Virus record (IMG/VR): IMGVR_UViG_2660238201_000001
Location: 67,579-78,285 of that record
Source of the DNA: a virus
Taxonomy: Duplodnaviria; Heunggongvirae; Uroviricota; Caudoviricetes
Length of the DNA: 10,707 bases
Direction: 5' to 3' (one strand)
The notes beneath the pieces are model-generated. The model had not been told where the DNA came from and did no database searches. It saw nothing but the letters and a program-made list of their open reading frames with translations. The translations under genes were made by a program, and so were the position numbers. Shown piece by piece: positions 1 to 6,800 of the stretch. The number at the start of each line of letters is the position of its first letter. Position 1 is the stretch's first letter.

Positions 1-143
1 TCTGGGTCGATGATTTGGATTTCGGAGATTTTATAGAGAGAGGCTTCGTTGATAAGAAAGCCGAAACGAGCAACGCGAGTCTCCCCAGGGTGAGGAAACT
101 CGCTTAGGTCTTTTGAGTATGCGCTATCTAGTGTAGGAGCCAT
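1..143 (-). CDS. Hypothetical protein, 5' part only (runs off the left edge); MAPTLDSAYSKDLSEFPHPGETRVARFGFLINEASLYKISEIQIIDP...
   Basis: Not in the ORF track. Manual translation: ATG at 143-141, 47 codons with no stop to the edge. The start overlaps the last 16 nt of the upstream gene, consistent with translational coupling. No strong SD. Confidence 0.6.
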   Translation of the reverse strand, partial: MAPTLDSAYSKDLSEFPHPGETRVARFGFLINEASLYKISEIQIIDP

Positions 144-520
144 TTGGTAGCAGATCTATCAGCCTTTACATGACTGTCAATGCTACCATGTCCTAATACA
201 AAGCGGCGAATAGAATGTTCGATGACCTCAGAAAATTCTTTTAAATCGCGCAACAGTTCCGGGTACTGCTTATCAGGTTTTACGACAAAACGAACACGGC
301 CGTTCAGGAAGATAGCTTCCGCTAACGGTTTTACGCTGGCACGCGCCATCTCAACGTCGTCCTTAAAGGTAACGATGAAGCGTGTGTCTTTGAGCTCAAC
401 CGCGTCATTGTTGAGTTTACGGACTTCAATCTTGTGCTTAGCAAGCACGTGAGTCTCAATAACACTCGTACAATCACGGATTGTCTGTATAGAACGAGAA
501 GCGTTCAGTGCGTTGTGCAT
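128..520 (-). CDS. Hypothetical protein, 130 aa, no family recognised
   Basis: Intact ORF with SD-like TAAGGTGG 4 nt before the ATG, globular composition, co-oriented with neighbours. Confidence 0.8.
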   Translation of the reverse strand: MHNALNASRSIQTIRDCTSVIETHVLAKHKIEVRKLNNDAVELKDTRFIVTFKDDVEMARASVKPLAEAIFLNGRVRFVVKPDKQYPELLRDLKEFSEVIEHSIRRFVLGHGSIDSHVKADRSATKWLLH

Positions 521-599
521 GTTTCCACCTTAGCCGTTAACAACCTAATGTCAGTGCGGCGACCCCCTGTGGGGTTTAGAGGCTACGAGTATGCGTAGC

Positions 600-637
600 T
601 TGAATGTGACTACACGTTATGACTGTAGTCATATCAA
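600..637. promoter_or_regulatory. Candidate sigma70 promoter for the accessory operon embedded in an inverted repeat (operator-like)
   Basis: Minus strand: TTGATA (637-632), 17 nt, TGTAGT (614-609). Inverted repeat TGACTACA (607-614)-N9-TGTAGTCA (624-631). Nested palindrome TATGACT-GT-AGTCATA (618-633). Confidence 0.45.
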
Positions 638-724
638 ATCTACATCATTAAGCAGGATCATTCAACATGAGGTTGAATGAAGCACAGTTAGATGCCGTGA
701 ATATCAAGCTCTGACGACAGATGT

Positions 725-774
725 GAAGAAAAGAGGATACGCCATAGTTTAGGTAGTGTAACGCAGCGTATCCT
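725..774 (-). terminator. Possible intrinsic terminator of the lysis operon (atypically large loop)
   Basis: Minus strand AGGATACGC-N23-GCGTATCCT (perfect 9-bp stem, 734-742/766-774) followed by CTTTTCTTC, about 20 nt after the o-spanin stop. Confidence 0.4.
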
Positions 775-794
775 AAGCGGCGGGGCATAAAATG

Positions 795-1016
795 CTACCG
801 CCCCCAATCACAAATTCTTTCACCCAGCGTGTTGTGAATCAGGATTTCTCTCTCAGTTTCTTCTGTCAGGGCGTCGTCCTTGCTGATGTAGATAGGGTTT
901 GCCCCATCGCAGAATTGTACGCCCACGGTCTGGGGTTTAATCACGCATCCACTTATCGCGAAGCTCGCGATGAACGGCAGAAGCATCCTTAGTCCTGACT
1001 TCATTAATCGTCTCAT
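795..1016 (-). CDS. o-spanin (Rz1-like outer-membrane lipoprotein)
   Basis: Signal peptide with lipobox ISG-C. Start overlaps the 3' end of the i-spanin by 80 nt in another frame. Last gene of the lysis cassette, with two further Cys in the mature part. The true start may be the Met at 1004 (MKSGLR...). Confidence 0.85.
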   Translation of the reverse strand: MRRLMKSGLRMLLPFIASFAISGCVIKPQTVGVQFCDGANPIYISKDDALTEETEREILIHNTLGERICDWGR

Positions 1017-1188
1017 TTTTCACATCCACTGTGCCTTGAAGCCGTTTGTTGTTTTCTCTCTGCGCCTTTTCTTCTATGGCCCGCCGGGCAGCGCGTCCAC
1101 CCCAGGTGTACGCCCCAACGAGCACAAAGAAGACGGCAGCCAAAGTCATGATGGTCGATTTGACCTTTGAAAGCAGGCTGCCGTTCAT
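937..1188 (-). CDS. i-spanin (Rz-like inner-membrane protein), 83 aa
   Basis: N-terminal TM (IMTLAAVFFVLVGAYTW) followed by a charged helical segment. Starts 2 nt after the endolysin stop and overlaps a lipoprotein gene. Confidence 0.82.
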   Translation of the reverse strand: MNGSLLSKVKSTIMTLAAVFFVLVGAYTWGGRAARRAIEEKAQRENNKRLQGTVDVKNETINEVRTKDASAVHRELRDKWMRD

Positions 1189-1190
1189 GG

Positions 1191-1883
1191 TTACACCACT
1201 CCTGCCTGATGCTTACGAACTTGCGACCAGGCAATAAAGCCGGCGACAACAATGGTCGCAATACCGAAGATAATGCGAACGGTATCCCCGCTGGTGATAT
1301 GTCCCTGGGCCTTATCCATCGCAACGGAGATCTGCGGCATTACGTCCGCCAGCTGCGCAATACCGATACCTGCAGTCACCGTTGCGCCGGCTGTTTCTTT
1401 CGTGACGGGTACGGCTTTCACTGAAGTTACCGGTTTAACGACGCCGGCGCGACGCATACCTTCGTCAATAACTTCGGCCGAATACCAGCTATTGAGTGTT
1501 TTCAACGGGCCACGACCGTTCTCATGACGAATAATCGCCTCCACCAGCGGCCGCATAGTATTGTAATCATGCAGATCGATGATCATGTCCGGCGTCACGC
1601 CTACGGCTTTAGATACCTCATTGATATAGGCGGCCGTGTTGTTTTCATGCGACGGCGCCCAACGCTCGATGACTTCGCGGATCGTATCGATGCTGGAACC
1701 GTCTTTTGCGCGGCGCTTATCATGGTAGGTGATGAGCGTTACTGTCAGTGCTCGAATCCCCCATACGGGGTCTTTAAAAGTGCAGAACCGCGGTTCCGCC
1801 GGATTGTTTACTAACCCTTGCCACGGCGACCCCTTATCCAGGTTACCAGGGTTATTGTTACGAATGCCTCTTGGAGTACTCAT
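1191..1883 (-). CDS. Putative endolysin (lysozyme-like NNPGN-motif family, often annotated 'virion/structural protein') with C-terminal hydrophobic tail, 230 aa
   Basis: Motifs RGIRNNNPGNL, RFCTF..GIRAL, RWAP..EN.T.AY and AII.HENG. Lies between a membrane-protein gene and the spanins. Start reassigned from 1910 to the ATG at 1883 (SD AGGAG 7 nt upstream, no overlap with the holin). Confidence 0.75.
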   Translation of the reverse strand: MSTPRGIRNNNPGNLDKGSPWQGLVNNPAEPRFCTFKDPVWGIRALTVTLITYHDKRRAKDGSSIDTIREVIERWAPSHENNTAAYINEVSKAVGVTPDMIIDLHDYNTMRPLVEAIIRHENGRGPLKTLNSWYSAEVIDEGMRRAGVVKPVTSVKAVPVTKETAGATVTAGIGIAQLADVMPQISVAMDKAQGHITSGDTVRIIFGIATIVVAGFIAWSQVRKHQAGVV

Positions 1884-1896
1884 CCTTGTTCTCCTG

Positions 1897-2220
1897 TTAT
1901 TGCAGTCCATTTTTCACTCCATAAGCGGCCAAACCCAAAAGCAGCACGGTGATCAGGAACGAGGTAATCTTGGAAATAATGCCCCCAAAGAACCCGCTTG
2001 AAATCGTGTCGAGCCGATTAAGAAGTTTGTCCAGATTGGAATGCTGAATGCTATGTTGCGCCGGAGTCATATCACCAAAGTAGGTTCGCAGCTGATCGTT
2101 GACCTCCTGGCCAATATCATCGCGAAGCTCCTTACTTAATTTTCCTACGACTTCTCGCGCAACAATTGCGGCAATGCGCTCCACCTGCTCTGGCGTCACG
2201 CCTGCCATCTCGTTTGACAT
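1897..2220 (-). CDS. Putative holin, 107 aa, single C-terminal TM
   Basis: Small gene directly upstream of the endolysin with hydrophobic C-terminus (ITSFLITVLLLGLAAYGV). Start reassigned to the ATG at 2220 (GGAGG 5 nt upstream). Function inferred from position. Confidence 0.6.
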   Translation of the reverse strand: MSNEMAGVTPEQVERIAAIVAREVVGKLSKELRDDIGQEVNDQLRTYFGDMTPAQHSIQHSNLDKLLNRLDTISSGFFGGIISKITSFLITVLLLGLAAYGVKNGLQ

Positions 2221-2256
2221 GTCTTCCTCCATGAATAAGTCAAATCGGATGGCAGA

Positions 2257-2304
2257 TTTATATCATAAATTAGAAACTAATTGTAGGTAAGTACTTACAT
2301 ACAA
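2257..2304 (-). promoter_or_regulatory. Candidate lysis-cassette promoter: extended -10 plus upstream 24-bp palindrome
   Basis: Minus strand TG-A-TATAAA (2265-2257). Palindrome TTGTAG-GTAAGTACTTAC-ATACAA (2281-2304) with a perfect 12-bp core and one mismatched pair overall. No good -35. Confidence 0.5.
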
Positions 2305-2310
2305 ATTGGA

Positions 2311-3756
2311 TTAATTTAATTGCTCACTACTCATGGCCACGCCTGTATCGAAGGAATTCTGGTTTGTATTTATGGCGTCGCTCCCTTCTGATGAGTTAAT
2401 TTTATTCTCCAGCGCTTCAACTCGCTTAATCAGTACCTTCACCGCCGCCAGCGTGTCCATCATTATCACGTTGTTGTCGAGCTGAAGGCGCTCACTGTTA
2501 ACCTGCTTATTACCATCCAGGTACGAAATATTAACATGTTTCACGTATTGCTCGTCTACTTCCTCGGCCTGCTGCGCGATGATCCCCCGGCGGACGCGGT
2601 TCTGTTCGTCGTCGTTATAGACGAACGTCACCAGCTCCAGCGCCTTTATGCGGTCTACTGACTGCTGTCCATCAGTAGGCGTGATATCGTGCTTCAGGCG
2701 AGCGTCAGACGTCCCCAGAAACTGCACGCTACCGCGCTGGCTTCCGTAGATATTGCCGTCGGCCAGGAATTGCCAATACTGTATTGGTTGCGAAAATCCA
2801 CCAACAGAAAGAATTAGTCTGTGGTTAGTCCCTACCTGCTCTTCGAACCACATAGCCGCCTGTCCGCCATCAACGTTGCCATCACTACCGCGCGTATTAA
2901 ATCTTGACGTAAAACGTGGCGCTTGTAACACGGTGCCATTTGCTATGTTTCCAGGGTCAGTGTTTAATCTGGCAATGAAGGCTTGCCCGTACAGATCGCC
3001 GTACTGCGTAGCAATGCCATAAACCCCGAGACCGCCACGGACTCGCAGCCCCGGATAAACCGCTAAAGCCCCGTCTTCGGTGATAATTCGATGCGTATAA
3101 TCTGCAGAGCTACCTTTGTGGTGAAAATCAATATACGGCGTAGTGTCGCTGCTAATTTCAAGGTTGCCGGCGTCGATGGCAGTGAACTGTGTATTGCTAT
3201 TCTTCCTGAGAATTTGCCCTGCAGCCGTTATAGTGGCACTGAAAGTAACCCCCTTACTGAATATCTGCGTCTGTGTGAACGTATTTGCTGCGCTCGTCTT
3301 CGCTGAATCTTTCAGTGAGTTCCTGAGTTCCGCGAGGTCAGATGCTTTCGCCATCCCAGATACAGCAGGAACAGTCACAGACGTACCTGTTATAGGGTCT
3401 GTCATCGTAATGTCGCCGCTTCCGGTCAGGGCTGTAGACCATCCTTGGACAACGTTACGCCAAAGAGTAAATGCGCTGGCAAGCTGATTCGCAAAAGACG
3501 ATGTGCTGGCAGTTTCTGCCGTAATAATTCCATATTTCGCACCAGAAAAAGCAGTTGTTATGTTTCTCGTCAGGGTCAGTTGAGTGTCATTATTTACTGA
3601 TTTGATGGCATACAGATCAGCACTTCCATTGCGATAAATGACTAAAATTGAACCCTCTTGAATACCAAGAGCAGTTTCAGACCATTTGGTAGAAATGCCT
3701 GTGACCTTTGCCTGATTTGCTGCACCTGTTATGGTGCCTACTTCATACATTGCCAT
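2311..3756 (-). CDS. Tail fibre protein with C-terminal intramolecular chaperone (peptidase S74), 481 aa
   Basis: N-terminal virion-attachment-like region, fibre motif PYIDFHH...DYTHRII, then GTSDARLK...RRGIIAQ...LDNNVIMMDTLAAVKVLIKRVEALE typical of S74 chaperones. SD AAGGAAG upstream. Confidence 0.9.
   Translation of the reverse strand: MAMYEVGTITGAANQAKVTGISTKWSETALGIQEGSILVIYRNGSADLYAIKSVNNDTQLTLTRNITTAFSGAKYGIITAETASTSSFANQLASAFTLWRNVVQGWSTALTGSGDITMTDPITGTSVTVPAVSGMAKASDLAELRNSLKDSAKTSAANTFTQTQIFSKGVTFSATITAAGQILRKNSNTQFTAIDAGNLEISSDTTPYIDFHHKGSSADYTHRIITEDGALAVYPGLRVRGGLGVYGIATQYGDLYGQAFIARLNTDPGNIANGTVLQAPRFTSRFNTRGSDGNVDGGQAAMWFEEQVGTNHRLILSVGGFSQPIQYWQFLADGNIYGSQRGSVQFLGTSDARLKHDITPTDGQQSVDRIKALELVTFVYNDDEQNRVRRGIIAQQAEEVDEQYVKHVNISYLDGNKQVNSERLQLDNNVIMMDTLAAVKVLIKRVEALENKINSSEGSDAINTNQNSFDTGVAMSSEQLN
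2400..2709 (-). other. Peptidase S74 autocleaving chaperone domain
   Basis: S-D-A-R-L-K at 2709-2692 matches the SDxRLK cleavage motif, followed by GxIAQ and a terminal coiled coil. Confidence 0.85.
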
Positions 3757-3790
3757 AATTTACTCTTCCTTGAGTTAATTCGGTATAGAG

Positions 3791-3810
3791 AGCGCCCCTT
3801 TCGGGGCGCC
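3791..3810 (-). other. GC-rich stem-loop with GAAA tetraloop between the two fibre genes
   Basis: Minus strand GGCGCCCC-GAAA-GGGGCGCT. No U-tract on either strand, so not called a terminator. Confidence 0.6.
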
Positions 3811-3878
3811 ATGTTAATCTGATGATGCGCCTCCAATCACTCCGTTATTACGCTCGGTGAAAGGCCGCCTCCAAATAT

Positions 3879-6800
3879 TTACGCCCAGGAACCGCTCGAC
3901 CTGGTCATGAGGGCAAAGCCGCCGACATAGTTATAAATTCCGCTCCCCTCCACCGTAATTTCGCACCTGACATTTTGGTCAGTTACGCCGGACAGTGAAC
4001 CTACAGCTGGGATATAACGTGTAGTCGCGTTAGATGCGGCCGCGCCAACGCTAAACTCGGAAACTTTAACCCCCTTAATCCAGACCATGATCCTTCCAAC
4101 GAAATTCACATCGCATGCCACTGTGCCTGATACAACGTATGTTTTTGTTCCGCCGACTGAACCAGAGTCATAATGGGTAATGTCTGGCCTTACGCCTTGT
4201 TTGAATACTCCAGCTGAGCAAATATCACCAACAAATCGGCTTGCCTGCACGGTTCCTCTGAAAACCCCGTCAGTAGCGTCAATGGTGCCTTTGAAAGAAC
4301 CGCTTTCTGCTTCAACATGTCCTCGAACAATGACGTTGTGGAACTGAGAAGAACCATCCTTCCCGACGCGCCAGCCTCGAGACCCATCTACGAAGTTGTC
4401 AGACCTAATCTCACTGCCAATTTTCGCATTGGTGATCGAGCCATCCTTGATCACCGCAGCATTCATGTACGCAACGCCATTTTCAACAACAAACGGTGTG
4501 GTCGTATTCCCGTTAGAGGTGTTGATTAAGCCGAAGCGATCAGCCTGAACCAGAAACTGGCTCTGCAAATTTTTGCCATCGATACCTAAAGCAATACCAG
4601 CAGCATATTTTTTACCATTGCTGTTGGTTTCCATTTTGACCATCCAGGTACTGTTAACGTTGCCGTTTTCGACAACCGTTTTCTTCAGCTCCTGAAGCTC
4701 GGCTGACTGGCCTCCTACCTGAGCTGTCAAATTCGTCTGCTGCTGAGACAGTGCGCTTATCGTTGTGGCCTGGGTCTGCTGAGTTGACTTAATTGCCGCC
4801 AGCGAAGTGGTGGCGTTATTCAACTCCGTCTGGTTCTTGATGTTTGCCGATGCCTGCGCATCAATTTGCGACTGCAAGCTGGTATTCAGCGACGACTGCG
4901 TTTTCTCGTTGTTGGTGATGGTCTGCGCCATCTGATCAACCTTCGAAGACGCATCATTCACCTGGGACGTCAAAGAGGACAGCTGAGACGCCTGGGATGT
5001 CACCTGCCCTTCTACATTGGTAACACGTGAGGTAAGGCTGGTGAGCGCGGATGCGTTCGCATTAGCCGAATCTTGAGCCTCTTTTGCGTCGGTGATATCG
5101 GTGACAACAACGTCATCGATATACAGATCATACCCCGGTGTACCAGTGCCAGTTGTGCCGCGGGTAGAAATCCAGAACACGCCGCGAGTGTGACCAGTCG
5201 CTACACGGAGCGTGCCGGTGAATTTCTTCCAGGTCCCTCTGCCCCCCAACGAACCTTCAGTGATGGTGATCGCCGACGGCCAGTTGTTATTGTTGGCAGC
5301 GTTTTGGGTCTGCAAACCAACGATTGTTGACCACCCGGATGATGGCGACTGATCTGCCGGCATCATCGCCCAGAGTTCAATGCGGAATACCGCATTTTCT
5401 CGCAGAGCAATCCACTTACCAATGGATTTATCGCTGTTTCCGCCCTCACCGGCGCCGCGGGAAACACGCAACGACTTCGTTCCGCTTCGTTTCTGAGAGC
5501 TGACGACGACCGCACGCGAGCCGCTGATCTGCTGGTTTTCGGAGTACGTCTCCAGAGAACCATCAAACCACGGGTTACTACCCATTGCCTGAACAGTGCT
5601 CAAAGAGTTTTTGAGCGAAGTTGTCTGGCTGCTCTGGGTTTCAATTTCTTTCTCGTTCTGCGTGACGCGATTCGTTAATCCCGTTAACGCAGCCGCATCA
5701 GCTTTCTTCGAAACATTTGTGTTTGTGGTCGCAAGGTCATTCTTAAGTTGCGTAACTTGGCTGCCCTGGCTGGTGATATCATTCTCTGTTTTGGTCACAC
5801 GACTATCGAGTTTAGTGATCGCGCTCGAGTTCGCCTGAGTTTCAACAGAGTCGGTCACATCGACGACATAAAAATCATCAAAGTACATCGCGCCTGCGGA
5901 CAAGAAAGCAGTGAACTGAACGTCAGCAATGACATCCTTTGTCGCCTTCCATGTCCATGACACCTCCTGCCAGTTCGAAGTGAACGGGCCATAAGCCTTA
6001 CTTGCGATCAGGCCTGTACCGTCCGCCACACGGAATTTTGTGTTGTCGGTCGACTGAATGGTGGTATTAGGGTCCTGCTTTGCCCAAATTCCAATTTTGT
6101 ACGACCGATCTTTCTTGAAGGAGATCTTCTGGCCAACGCCTGCAGAACCACCCGCCGCCAGTTTGGCGGCTTTGGTGCCAAGATGTGGAACCTGCAGCGT
6201 TACCACCGTGGCAATCCCGCTCCAGCCTGTATAGCCCTCCGTACCACGCTCAAAAGACGGGTTTACGATCAGGTTCCCGGGGATCTGGCTTGCTGCATCC
6301 ACGCTGGCGTTACTGGACGCAAGGCTGTTTTCCAGTGCCGTTGTCGAGGAGCTCAGGGAGTCAATATTATCCCCCTGGGTCTTCACTGTGTTCTGGAGCG
6401 TGGTAATTGCCGACGCGTTCGCATCAGCCTTCATCATCACACCGCCGGCGGCGCCCAGTCCCATCATTACCCCGTTCACAAACTCGACTGAGGTCGAGAT
6501 GTGGGCGGTGCCGTCGCCACCGGTTGGCGCACGCAGTTCCAGACCATCGCCAGGCTTCATGCCTTTGCGGCCAAGGAGAATGTAGGCACCACGATACGGT
6601 AGAGAGTTGACGACTTCGGATGTGCCACCAAGAGATTCCAGGGCAGACAATACTTTACCTCGGTTGCCAGTTGGCTCATCGAATGTCAGGACACAAACGT
6701 AAGTCCCACTGGCCAGTGCCTCGATATCAGCCGACATCGTGGCGCCATTATTCGCGCTGCCAAAGACATCGTATGTTTTGGATGTCGCAATCACCGTTGA

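Noticed and set aside
115-595. 9-bp direct repeat GAGTATGCG at 115-123 and 587-595
   Set aside because: About one 9-mer match is expected by chance in ~800 bp.
485-640. LexA (SOS) box near the accessory promoter
   Set aside because: The CTGT half-sites at 485 and 623 lack the matching ACAG at N8.
707-748. 13-codon minus-strand ORF MAYPLFFTSVVRA
   Set aside because: No SD, runs through the terminator-like stem, and is too short to support.
540-810. Retron msr/msd, CRISPR array or type III TA repeat array
   Set aside because: No long flanking a1/a2 inverted repeat, no RT, and no tandem direct repeats. The stems are all different sequences.
1541-1548. Chi site GCTGGTGG on the minus strand
   Set aside because: A single copy noticed, inside a CDS, compatible with chance.
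1884-1910. ORF-track starts at 1910 (endolysin) and 10652 (J-like gene)
   Set aside because: 1910 lacks an SD and overlaps the holin, whereas 1883 has AGGAG. 10652 is an internal GTG in a frame that stays open to the window edge.
2282-2299. TGT-N12-ACA resembling a P2 Ogr/P4 Delta site
   Set aside because: It is a sub-pattern of the larger palindrome, the element is not P2-like, and the position does not fit about -55.
3738-3812. 24-codon minus-strand ORF MAPRKGRSLYRINSRKSKLWQCMK
   Set aside because: Nearest GGAGG is 17 nt away, the start abuts the hairpin, and it overlaps the fibre start out of frame.
2311-3878. Invertible tail-fibre cassette (Gin/Cin/shufflon type)
   Set aside because: No inverted partial fibre copies, crossover-site repeats or invertase seen.
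3791-4000. DGR target (variable region plus downstream GC hairpin) at the J C-terminus
   Set aside because: A hairpin is present, but there is no template repeat, adenine-specific mismatch pattern or reverse transcriptase in the window. A TR elsewhere on the replicon would be needed.
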